Shown here in pieces: positions 48,601 to 59,800 of a DNA stretch of 64,000 nt. A program made the translations under genes and the position numbers. Within the stretch, counting starts at the first letter, position 1. Every line of letters begins with the position of its first letter. The notes beneath the pieces are model-generated. The model worked only from the letters and a program-made list of their open reading frames with translations, was not told where the DNA came from and ran no database searches. The stretch lies in assembly GCF_023055435.1 (NCBI RefSeq), contig NW_025963835.1, positions 2,790,001 to 2,854,000 on the forward strand, given 5' to 3'. Source of the stretch: Haliotis rufescens (taxonomy: Eukaryota).

Positions 48601-51600
48601 CATGCTATTTTAGTTACCTTGTCTACAGCGAGTTCTGTAACTAAATTATACACCGACCACATTCCGATCGCAATTCAACTGATGTGTGCAGTTGTCCTGT
48701 CGCTTCGATAATTAGTTGTGAGTCGAAGAGCATTAAACATGCTGTTTTAGTTACCTTGTATACTGCGAGTTGCTCTGTAACTAAACTATTCGTCGACCAC
48801 ACTTCGATCGCAGTTCAACTGACGCGTGCAGTTGGCCTGTCGCATCGATAATTAGTTGTGTGTCGAAGAGCATTAACCATGCTGTGCGTTCGTGATAAAC
48901 AACTTGTCTCGTCCGTGCATCTGGTCGAATGTTCTATTGTCACTACAGGGGTGAGGAACTTGGTACATTCGACGTGAAAGTGGTCACTGCCTGATTACTT
49001 TCCCGACCCTCCTTCCAGTGTTCCGTCGAATTCTACCCATTTGTACGACTGAAAACAGACTAAAACATGGGTTTTTCAGATTAAAAACGATGTTTTATTG
49101 GTCTGTTTTCAGTCGTACGTTCCCACCCAGCCATCCCCACAGGGAAGTAATCCAGTCCAGTCCTGCTTGATGGCTTTTTCTTTGAGATTTGTGACATGTC
49201 ATAGGGAGGTGCGTGCGCAACCGGACGGAAACAAGTTTAATGTTTACATTCCAGCTTCTGGCTTCCTCTTAAACGTGCGACTAGACGTGAGGGTATGAGA
49301 GATACCCATTTGTACGACTGAAAACAGACCAATAAAACATCGTTTTTAATCTGAAAAACCCATACTGTTCAAAGCTGGGTTAAACCCAACTCACTCACTC
49401 TTACTGAAATTGCTGAAATACTGTTAATTGAGGCAACAAACCTCATCCACATCATCACTCCTTGTTTCAGTTACTCCAACTATCCCTTTCCCTATATTGT
49501 TGTAGCCCAATTTCTACATTTCAGAAACCTGTGTGACAAAGGATGCAAGCAGAAAGGATTCGGGATCTGAGACATTAGAGAAAGAAAGAATTCAAGAACA
49601 GAAAGGTATATAGAGGATATTTATCATCTAAAACTGGCTCCCACAGGAGATTTTGCTTGGATGAGATAAAGCAATATCTACAATGTAGATATCGCTGCAA
49701 TGAAATTACATCACAATGCTTTGCAGACCATTGTGACTTCACTGGTTACCATGACATCACAATCAAATGACATCACTAATGGCTCTGCTAATGAAGCTGT
49801 TAGCAGTTCTTTTTTACACTGAAGACACTGCTAATTATTGTCTACAAATTGAAAAAGTTGGTAGAATGATGTTGGATGATAAATAAAATCTCACCCTCTT
49901 GTCTTTTGATATCAAATATATCAACACTTGTTGATAAAAGTGACAAAAATCCTCGGCAAGCCTCGGAGTTTTCCCACTTTTATCAACTTGTGTTGATATA
50001 TTTGATATCAAAAGACACTCAGGTGAGATTCTCGATATCCCAGTACACGTCATGATGACAATTCCCCGAGCAGGAAGGTTCACACTTCCTGTTTTATGCT
50101 TTCTGCCTGTTGTAGTTCTCATTCCCTTCTTGCAGATTTCACTCAGCATGGTTCATGATGGCAGTAGTGTGACAATGCAGTATTGTATCGTAGTCTATAC
50201 AAGGTCCACAATACAATATATAGATTTACAACCCCTGTTTCGCGATACATATGTTGCGATATGATTTGTATCCCAATACAGTACCCGTGAAGATCCAGGG
50301 TAGAATAGGTCTTCAGCAACCCATGCTTGCCGTAAAAGGCGACTATGCTTGTCGTAAGAGGCAACTAACGGGATCCGGTGGTCAGGCTCGCTGACTTGGT
50401 TGAAGCATGTCATTGATCCCCATTGCGTGGATCGATGCTCATGATGTCAATCACTTGATTGTCTGGTCCAGACTCGATTATTTACAGACCAACATCATAT
50501 AGCTGGAATATTGCCGAGTACGGCGTTAAACAACAAACAACAACAACTATTATTTCATAAGTTGATATTTTTCTCCCAGCAGTTGAATCACAACCGTGAA
50601 TCGTTATCATACTACTTTGAATTTCAGACAACGAAGATGGGATATTGTAGGGCAGCAATATATAAGCTGGGGGGAACTGTGACTGTTATGCTATTTATAG
50701 CAAACAGGGAAATACTAGAGAATCAGCGTCAGCTGGTTGTTGAACAGATTCGTTTTGCCTTATCAAACCTGTTAATATTCACAAGTTTTTACATCAATAT
50801 AACTTGTAATGTAATGTATCATGAAACAGGGGTTTATTAATCGATGTATTGTATTGTGGCCCTTGTATATTGTATTGTCACGTCGTTACACTATCGCCAT
50901 ATTAGAGGACTGCCTGTGTGGTCTGATGGTAGAGCTTCTACCGGAGAGTTCAGGGTCCGGGGTTCAATCCCCGGCTGTGTCATACCAAAAGGGGGCAGTC
51001 GGGTAGCCTAGTGGTTAAAGCGTTCACTCGTCACGCTGAAAACCCGGCTTCGATTCCCGACATGGGTACCATTTCTGGTGTCAGCCGCCGTGATATTGCT
51101 AAAAGTGGCATAAAATCAAACTCTCTCACTCACACTGAAAGGCATTAAAAGATGGTACTTGTTGTTACCCTGTCTGGCATTCAGCTTTAAGGGGCTAAAA
51201 CGAGGATTGGTCGGCTCATTGTCAGTATACAGTGTCTGAGAGGGGTATTCATGTTGAACTGTGGCATGGTATCTCAGTACGCTAGCAATATCAGATCGGC
51301 ATCCGTCCGGACTAGTACAAGCAGTCACACATACTCACACATGTGAATGCACATTGCTGAATAAGTGCAATTATCTTGAACGTGATGTTAAACCCAATTT
51401 CACCTTACTTCACCTTTATAAGAACGCCTTAAACCGTGAAACATCAACTATAAATGTTTGTTACCATGGTTACAGAGGAGGGTGAGCTGTCAGACGTGGA
51501 GCTTGAGACAACGGAAGACAAAGTGGAGCGACACCTGCTGGAGAAACTAGGTATCGTCACTATCGTGTGTCCAATACAATATATCAAGTTCGTTGTTGAT

Positions 51601-53288
51601 TCTTCTTGTTCTGATGATTGAAGTTCATACTTGTACCTGGTGTATACGGCCCGTGAAGATCCAGGGTAGAATAGGTCTTCAGCAACCCATACTTGCCGTA
51701 AAAGGCGACTATGCTTGTCGTAAGCAGCGACTAACAGGATCGGGCGGTCAGGCTCGCTGACTTGGTTGATGCATGCCATCGTTGCGTGGACCGATGCTCA
51801 TGATATCAATCACTGGATTGTCTGGTCCAGACTCGATTATTTACAGACTGCCATCATATAGCTGGAATAGTGCTGGGTGCGGCATTAAACAAGAAACCAA
51901 CCTGGTGTATACACTACGTTCCTCCATCTCCCGTGAAGACATACCAATGATTTGCAAAGTAGTAGCTATGTCTAATCAGACTCAAGACGTGGTCTCAAGA
52001 GGGCTACCAGTGCTCAGATTACATGGCACAAACTGCAATATTGCTCCTGCAGCCCTGAGGCCATGTACTTTATATATTGCTTCAATATGAGGCGATTTTA
52101 CGTTCACAGCTGTATATATTCACTAGGTAGGCACAATTTTATCGATAACAACTTCTTTAATTCTGTGAAAAGCCACGTTTCGGTATAGATCCTTATACCG
52201 TTGTCAAGCAAGACTGAATGTGGGACATTGTACAGAATATAAAGAGTAGATGGAGGATTGCATACATGAGTGGGATAACATTGGTAGGTGTTGACAACAA
52301 AGGGATAATGCTGTCACAACACAATGGACAGAGGTGGAAACCAACATGGACATGATGCCAATAAACAGGATAAGTGATTATTGCTTAATCTATCATCGCC
52401 CTCACCACCGCCTGTATCTCCTCTACCTACTTCACCTGGGGCGACGAGTACTATCAACAGATACACGGCCTACCCATGGGATACCCACTCTCTCCTATCC
52501 TTACTGAAATCTACATGACCTACTTCAAACAGCAAGCCCTCACAACATGCACAACATCACCGATCCAACCTATTTGCTGGTACAGTATTTGCTATACCGA
52601 AACGTCGCTTTTCACCGTGTTCACAGTATTAAAGAAGTTGTTATCCATAAAATTGTGTCTACCTAGTGAATACATACAGCTGTGAACGTAAAATCTCCTC
52701 ATATTGAAGCAATGTATAGAGTCACTCACTCACTCACTCACTCACTCACTCACTCACTCACTCACTCACTCACTGAAATAATATAAGACTCGCATTAAAC
52801 CGTCTTCCCCTTCCTGTTATCAGTGAATTCCAGGTTACCTCTACAAAACTATTCAACCAGTTACTGCATGAATTGGGAGATGTACTTGTCATATTTAGGA
52901 ATTCCTAATGACATTTGCTGCAGATTTGGGGCCGAATGTCAGCCTCTGAAAAGGTGTAGATAACTCTCTGCGACCTTTTTTTCAATGAATTTTGTATTTT
53001 ATTTGGAAAGTATGTAAGGGTTATCATTTTTGCCCCCAAACTGACTGTTAAGAATTATAGCTTTTTTGTGAAAGTGGTTTTGGAATTACCATGGTGTTTT
53101 TTATCTTCTGTGCAGAAGAGTCTGGGGAACTGAAGACGCTCCTACAGAACCCCCATTTACGTGTGATGATGTCGGCACTGGTGGGCGCTGACAATCCTGG
53201 CAAACTCATGGAGGACGCCATGAAGGAACCGATTTTCACCGAATTCGCTGACGAGTGTCTGAAGGTTGTGGAGCCAGAGCAGACATGA
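40430..53288 (+). CDS. ZNHIT3: zinc finger HIT domain-containing protein 3 (box C/D snoRNP assembly factor), 143 aa
   Basis: Exons 40430-40500, 41599-41630, 49525-49605, 51476-51550, 53116-53288 splice in phase. N-terminal zf-HIT CEVC...KYKCPQC..YCSVQCYKQHK; C-terminus LLQNPHLR...MKEPIFTEFADECLKVVEP matches the recalled ZNHIT3 pattern (LLLNPHLR...MQEPLFVEFADCCL). Confidence 0.93.
40596..41316. mobile_element. MITE (tactgtatttcc...ggaaatacagta) with a nested TIR element at ~40686-41202
   Basis: Two concentric sets of inverted termini; inner arms gaggcaag..agttaactgact..tccagtttcca and their complement. Confidence 0.7.
41599..41630 (+). CDS. ZNHIT3: ZNHIT3 coding exon 2
   Basis: ctgcag / G|gtatgt; CSVQCYKQHK. 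Confidence 0.92.
42637..42683. repeat. (CA)n microsatellite within a SINE D copy
   Basis: Directly visible. Confidence 0.95.
43225..49363 (+). mobile_element. DIRS1-like tyrosine-recombinase retrotransposon (second family), full length, ORFs disrupted
   Basis: ITRs 43225-43378 and 49184-49363; ICR 49034-49118. Gag from 43588 (CASC..DPHKYCPSC..CKEC); RT 45229-46311 (LDLQDAY, LPIG, YLDD); RNase H (DASLEGWG, HINCLEMEA, SDN); MT remnant YAFPP; YR AARITEI, HEVR, FASHY; in-frame stops and frameshifts. Confidence 0.95.
48471..48885 (+). repeat. three ~138-140-bp hairpin-rich tandem units in the DIRS 3' region
   Basis: tagttac starts at 48471, 48611, 48748. Confidence 0.9.
49525..49605 (+). CDS. 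ZNHIT3: ZNHIT3 coding exon 3
   Basis: tttcag / G|gtata; ETCVTKD...QEQK. Confidence 0.82.
51476..51550 (+). CDS. ZNHIT3: ZNHIT3 coding exon 4
   Basis: ttacag / G|gtatc; ...TEDKVERHLLEKL. Confidence 0.88.
   Translation, partial: RRVSCQTWSLRQRKTKWSDTCWRN
52067..52722 (+). mobile_element. Penelope-like element remnant with inverted pLTRs
   Basis: RT fragment TYFTWGDEYYQQIHGLPMGYPLSPILTEIYM (~52420-52520); 52067-52190 is an inverted copy of 52593-52722. Confidence 0.85.
52172..52214 (-). ncRNA. minimal hammerhead-ribozyme-like motif in Penelope pLTR (probably inactive)
   Basis: Minus strand reads cTTGACAAC-GGTATA-aggatc-TATACC-GAAACGTG; the second pLTR retains TATACCGAAACGTC. Confidence 0.5.
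52722..52773. repeat. (CACT)n microsatellite
   Basis: Directly visible. Confidence 0.95.
53116..53288 (+). CDS. ZNHIT3: ZNHIT3 coding exon 5
   Basis: gtgcag acceptor; ESGELKTLLQNPHLR...EPEQT*. Confidence 0.93.
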
Positions 53289-53444
53289 TAGTTGCTATGG
53301 AAACTGACTGGATATGTTATGACAACCAAACAGATGTTGAGAAATGTAAAAGACGTATAAACCATTTCTACAATCTGTAGAATGCAATGGTGACATCTAC
53401 AGTGACAATTGCAGTCTAGGATGTATATGTGAGATGTTGTCATC

Positions 53445-53720
53445 ATCTGTTGATGGGATGGCTGTCAATGATCTGTAGATGATCTGTTGGTCTGTTGATG
53501 ATCTGTTGGTCTGTTGATGATCTACTAATAGCTGTTAGTGTTAATGATCTGTTGATGGCTGTTGATGATCTGTTGGTCTGTTGATGATCTACTAATGGCT
53601 GTTAGTGTTAATGATCTGCTGATGGCTGTTGATGATCTGTTGGTCTGTTGATGATCTGTAGATGATCTGTTGGTCTGTTGATGATCTACTGATGGCTTTT
53701 GATGATGATGTTGATGGTCT
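53445..53720. repeat. gatgatctgttggtctgtt-type low-complexity tandem repeat just 3' of ZNHIT3
   Basis: Directly visible. Confidence 0.8.
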
Positions 53721-55564
53721 GTGGGCTGATGAAGTCGACACACAAGTGACACTGTAAGGCTTCCAGTGGAGTCGAGCAGGACCAGTACATCATGCCACTG
53801 AATCACTGACAAGGCATTTGTGGACATTGATAGTACTACATAGCAAACCTGGATTACCAAGATGAACAAGACTGTGAAGAGGTGGTGGGGCACGAGGACA
53901 ATTGCATCCTCTACCTGCACCGAGACACAGACACAGACACACGATACACAGGTTTCACAACCTTATTAGAGTGGGGAGGGTGGTCGGGTAGCAATAAACT
54001 CACTCACTCTCTCTTTTTTTATTCATAAATCAAGCATGGTTGAGAACAATCTCACTATAATCATTTTGTGTAGCTGTATCGAGCACCAATATTTGATTTT
54101 AATGAGATTGAATTGAGAGCTTTCAAGAGGACGTTATGCTTGTCGTAAGAGGCGACTAACAGGATCAGGTGGTCAGACTCGCTGACTTGGTTGATGCATG
54201 TTATCGAAGTTCATTTGAGCGGATCAATGCTCATGATATCAATCACTGGATTGTCTGGTCCAGACTTTATTTTTTTACAGATTGCCGTCATATAGCTGGA
54301 ATATTGCTGAGTGCAGCGATAAACAACAAACAAACAACATCTTAGAGGAGAAAAGTCCAGTTCCTTTGCCTGTGAATATATGCATTGTGCAAGAAAGAGG
54401 TTGTTTTATTTCATTTTATACCATTTCAAGTGAAGAAATTAAAAATAATGCTTGAATAATGTTTCATGGTTTTGTTGAAAGCCATTTTCACCTTATAAAG
54501 AAAGTTTTACCAGCTTTCTTGTGTATTTATATATTGGTTATTATCACAGTTTGATAGATTGTTGTTTCAATTCAGATTGCATAATTCCTGCATTAAATAA
54601 TTTTTCATGTAAACCTGTTTCCTTGTTTGCTTGACACTGATATCAGGTGGAATATTGCTGACTGCTATTGTAGACATCATTCACACACTCACTTGATAGT
54701 CAGGACCCCTAACTTGGTTGATTGCGTGTCATTATACCAGTGAGTGAGTTGTTTTTCACCGCTTTTGGCAATATTCCAGCAATATCACGGCAGGGGACAC
54801 CAGAAATGGGCTTCACACATTGTACACATGTCAGGAATCGAACCCGGGTCTTCGGTGTGATGAGCGAACACTTTAACCACTAGGCCACCCGACCGTCCCT
54901 TCATTATACCGGACGACATGGGAAGTTGCTCATGACATCAGTCACTGTTTATCAGGTCAAGGCTCATTTATTAACAGGCTGCCATCATATAGCTGGATTC
55001 TTGCTGTAAAAGGCGACTATGCTTGTCGTAAAAGGCGACTATGCTTGTGTAAAAGGCGACTAACCGGATCGGGTGGTCAGGCTCGCTGACTTGGTTGATG
55101 CATGTCATCGATCCCATTTGCGTGGATCGATGCTCATGATATCAATCACTGGATTGTGTGGTCCAGACTCGATTCTTTACAGACTGCCGTCATATAGCTG
55201 GAATATTACTGAGTGCGTGTTAAACAACAAACCAACCAACCAATCATATAGCTGGAATATTAATTTAACAATAAAACAGACAATTCCGTGACTCAGTTCC
55301 CCATTTGTTACTGTGTGGATGATTGGAATCGGTACTCACGCTGTCCGTCACTTGTCTAGTCCAGACGGAAATAGTGTTAACTGCGGCATTGGACATCCAC
55401 TCACATTGTCATAACCCCTCTCCAAGCAAGACAACAACAACAACAAAGGTTTATTTCTCTTCAAGGTCATAGCTATGACATATTGAAGGTACAAATGGAG
55501 ATTTATGGTGACACAAGGCATGAGACAGACGTGCGTCAACTATACGTTTAACTGCAACAGACTC

Positions 55565-56900
55565 ATGAATTTAATCAAACATCTTGAGGATTTCTTTTAC
55601 AAACTGTGCTAGTTTTCTTTGTTCTATTAGACTTTCAGTATTTAGTAGCATATCAAGTGTTATCGTACTAGGTCTTGTAAAGTACTTCTTTTGAATATAT
55701 AACTTCCGCAAGTTATGCAGAAAAGGACATATTAGTAGATAGTGATATTCGTCAGCTAAGTCATGTTTATTACAGTGACTACAAATTCTGTCTTCCCGCG
55801 GTATATTTTCCCATCGCCCCTTTTCTATTGGTAATCTATGGTTTGTGGACCTAAATTAAGTAATCGGGATACTGAGTCTTAAGGGTAGCGACAGCAGATG
55901 ATTTTCTAACTGGATTCTATGTTTAAATATTCGGTAAAATACTGCCTTGTGAGAGTTGTTTATCCAACTTGTCCAAGTCTGGCTAAACTGATCAAAGATA
56001 CGTTGTTTAATAACACATTTTAATATGTTTATATTTGGCATGAATTGTTGGGTCCTTATAAACTAAGGTCTTATCCATCAAATAGTCCTTTAACATATTC
56101 GAGCCAGCTGTATTTAAGGTCGCAGGAGTCTGCAAAAAATACATTTTACATAACAGTACACAATTTCGTTGGTTTATTATATATTATCTTAGACCAGTAT
56201 GTCAACATTCTTTGTTTAATTAAATCCGTAATAGACGCAAGTCCACCAGATTTAGCTTTAGTTGACTGTTTTCTATTATTGTAATGCACACTATATCCAG
56301 GTAAGTCTAGTAAATCATAATTGTCAAGTTTTGTCTAACAAACACCAATGGTAACTATGGATCATTTGAACAAATTCGGGGTAATTTAATTTTGGTAACA
56401 GGCCACCAACATTTATATAGCACAGTATTTCAGGGTGTCGGTTATGTCGACATTGTTATTACGTAAGTTTCCCGACTTTTCATGGCCCGGTTGCAATTTA
56501 CATCCCTATAAATGTTTGTGACTGGTCCGTGCTTCACGAGGTTGGGTGGATGGGAGCACGCGCTCATTGTTTACAAACAATCTGTCACGTGCGAGATACA
56601 CTCTATTGTTTTTTTTCTTTGGCCTTACGGTAGAGTGGCATAAGCTGTCGACGAACCTCTAGTACTTCTGGCGGGTATTGGTCGTTGATACCATACATTG
56701 TGCCTTTGAGGGCCTTTGCAGAGTCTTTGACAAGGTATTTGTCGTTGCGATACAAGAATGAGGCAATAATCGTATTTTCCCCGGTATGCCAGGTTTACCT
56801 ATGCGATGCACAGTCTTAAACTGAATGTCCTTACGCACGTGTAAATGTGGTCCAATGGAGGAGGTCAACACCTGTTCTGTGTCTTCATCTTTTTCTTCTA
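55565..56900 (-). mobile_element. internally deleted non-LTR retrotransposon (RTEX/L2-group-like), RT missing
   Basis: ORF1-like YGINDQYPPEVLEVRRQL..LFVNN; endonuclease start INVGGLLPK..SGG; C-terminal RSTNHRLPIEKGRW..RICSHC..DEYHYLLIC. Confidence 0.75.
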
Positions 56901-57148
56901 TTAAGCAACTTCATTAAAATTAGATCTTAAACCCCAATTAACGGAGAGGGGTATTTAATCAGAGTAAAATATTGAGCAGGAAATTTAAAGCTTTATGTGT
57001 CAGTGGAGATTGCTGCCAGTTTATTTGTAGTGATTGTGAATGGCAGCAATTTGCCAGCAAATGAATGGAACACTCATAAAATGATTTAACAGGAAGTATG
57101 ATTAGAGTTACCTCCTCTGTTTGCAAATATAACAGCCTTGATCGTTGG

Positions 57149-57658
57149 CAATCTCATTAAAATCAGATCTTAGTTCTCGCTCCCGCTAAACAAAGATCTG
57201 AGGACACCCCATTACGGGTCACGTCGGACCGACCTTGCGCGAACTTTGACCGACCAATGGAATGACTGACAAGAAGTCGACATTAGCCAATCAGAAGGCA
57301 GCTTTCTCGTGCTTTACGGCACTAATTTCAAATTTGCGACTACGCTTCGAAACATATTTTGACAAATTCTCGATTACAAATTTGAAACCTGAACAAAAGA
57401 ACATTCTGGAATGGCTAATAGATGGTCGAGATTGTATGGATTCAGTCGTTGAACCAGTAACCATTGTTCGGAATACGTCGTGTTGAAGTTTTTGAGGTTG
57501 CATGATTAGAAATCACATTCCAACTGTCACGTTCATGATCTGGTAAGCGACGTTCTGATTGGTCGGATGTAAGGTCGTTCTGACGTGAACCATAATGGTA
57601 TATCCTCAGATCTTTGTTTAGCGGTAGCAAGAACTAAGATCTGATTTTAATGAGATTG
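57149..57658 (+). mobile_element. non-autonomous AcademH-like DNA transposon with RecQ-helicase fragment
   Basis: ~54-bp TIRs starting CAATCTCATT; 9-bp TSD GATCGTTGG (57140-57148, 57659-57667); LKPEQKNILEWLIDGRDC resembles the RecQ Q-motif. Confidence 0.75.
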
Positions 57659-57768
57659 GATCGTTGGGAAACTTTTGGGATGGGACAGTTTCTGGCTGAC
57701 TGTACCTATGTACATGATGGCGATTCGAGGCATTCGACGACCTGACTTGTGTCTTATCCATTGCCAAG

Positions 57769-58557
57769 TCATTATGCTGCAGTGAGAACCGAGATTCGTC
57801 AGAAAAAAGAACTGCTGACCACTGTTGTCTTGTCCACTGTCGGTGTTGCCGTGCCCATGCGTCTCTGGCTGCTCTGTGACGCGGAAGAAGAGGTCTAACG
57901 GCTTGACGTCGGGGCCTGATGTTTGTTTCCCTCATACGGTTTCTTATGGTTTGGTCACTGACAATAATTTTGTTCCTGTAGCAGCCCTCTGTTGCCTTCG
58001 AAGATGGTTTGCTGTGACTGTTCTCCTCCTCAATGCTTCAACAACGACGTACCGGTCTTCACTTCCTGTTGTCACACGAGGGCGTCCTGACCTTGGTCTA
58101 TCACGTACTGTCTGTGTTTGTTGGAATCGCTGACGTAATCTGCAAATGACGGATGGACTAACATTTAACCTTCGAGCAGCTTCCCGCTGTGAAATATTCT
58201 CATTTAGACACCCAATAGCTCTGGCTCGTTCTTCACTCGTGAGGTGTCGAGGTTGTGGCATGTTGAACACAGTGATGCAGTTTCATAGCGACCTGCCTTT
58301 ATCAACCCAAATTTCGCACAAAAACTTCTTGTGGCTCCTGCTTCATGAGAATAAATGAGCAAATGCACGATCTCCATTTTTACGGCAGCTTTGAGGAGGA
58401 GATTACAACAAATCTGGTCATGAAGTCACTTGAGCAAGGGTAGTCTTCATTATCAGTACGTTAGCTGCCGATCAGGAGGCCATTTACCAAATTTAAAAGG
58501 AATCAATGAACAGTGCTACAAAATATCAGTGTTCCCTAAATTGTTTTGACGAGCATA
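57769..58557 (-). mobile_element. Tc1-family transposon, 5' fragment
   Basis: Paired-like HTH (ARAIG..SQREAARRLNVSPSVI), RSGRPRVTT, WSAVLFSDESRF; frameshifted and truncated. Confidence 0.9.
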
Positions 58558-58649
58558 CATATGTTTTTTATCTGTTTCATTTTTGACAAGTCTTCATATC
58601 TAGATAAACATATGCCATAGAATGGTTAACGTTCATTGAGAAAATGTCC

Positions 58650-59455
58650 TAAATCATAGCTACTAACACCAAGGTTGATCCTTCTTTCCGTATTTTGGCT
58701 AGGCACCTCCCTATCATACAAAAGGGGAAACGCGTATGCTTGTTTCCCTGTCCATGGGACTGAGAAGGCGTCGATCTGACATGAGTGAGAATCCGGCCTC
58801 CAACTGACATACTTGTCTACCTGGAGATTTAGCCTGTCTGGAAACAGGTCGACTTGGAATGGGCCCCACAGCTGATTTATCTGGTGCAATATGGACTTCT
58901 TTAGCATCCAACTGCTGTCGTCTTTGCATTTCCTGGATATCCCATCGATCCCAATTGCGTGGATCAATGCTCATGATATCAATCACTGGATTATCTGGTC
59001 CAGACTTGATTATTTACAGAGAGCCGTCAAAAAGCTGGAATATTGCTGAGTGCGGCGTAAAACAACAAACCAATCCTGGATTCACAATCCGCCTGGGTAT
59101 TGTCTTTCCCTGGGAGGTATTCAGTCTCTTCATGCAGAATTCCCATATCTGTTGAGCTAGATTGACTAGTGATACTGATTTCGTCCCGCCTTTCTTGTTG
59201 ATATATGCGACAACTGTTTTGTTGTACATTCGAATATGGACCTGTATTTGTGTCTTGTCTTTGGTAAATGTCTTTAGGGCTAGTAGTCCCGCTTTGAGTT
59301 CCAGAACGTTGCTATGGTTTTTCTGTTCTGACAGGCTGCATTGTCCTCTTGTGCTCTACTTTTGACAAACTGCTCCCCAAACTAATAGTGACGAGTCGGT
59401 TGTGATCGTGAGGTTAGGGCTCAGGTTGATGAACGACTTCCCGTTCCATAATGAC
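58650..59455 (-). mobile_element. DIRS RNase H/methyltransferase fragment (third DIRS), interrupted by a SINE
   Basis: WNGKSF..TDSSLLVWGA, NKTVVAYINKKGGTKS, WGPFQVDLF..YVSWRPD..DAFSVPW..YAFP. Confidence 0.85.
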
Positions 59456-59800
59456 ATTTTTATGGTGAGAGGTTCGGGTAAACAGTTGTGAGATTTGTTT
59501 ATCATCTTTAGCTTCTGACATGAGGTCATCCAGTACAATCATATTGACGTTATTCAGAGCATTCAAATAGTTTTCATCTTGTAGGTTGTAAGGAATCCCT
59601 TTGACAAACTTGACATAGGGCATGGTTTTGAAGATGGCGTCATATAGTGGCTGCCATTCAGTGTAACACCATATGATATTGTTCGGTAGTGGATTGACGA
59701 GTCCTCCCTGCAGTATGTTATAGACAAACATAGATTTTCCACAGCCGGATGGACCTACAGTCACTGAATTTGAAGGAATGGTAAATTTAAATTGTTCAAC
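59456..59800 (-). pseudogene. Polinton/Maverick-type A32-like packaging ATPase fragment
   Basis: Walker A GPSGCGKS, IIWCYTEWQPLY, Walker B IVLDDLM, LFTRTSHHKN. Confidence 0.85.

Noticed and set aside
48471-48885. Hammerhead ribozymes in the DIRS 3' repeats (ctgacg/ctgatg motifs)
   Set aside because: No CUGANGA...GAAA core; the ctga lies inside a stem.
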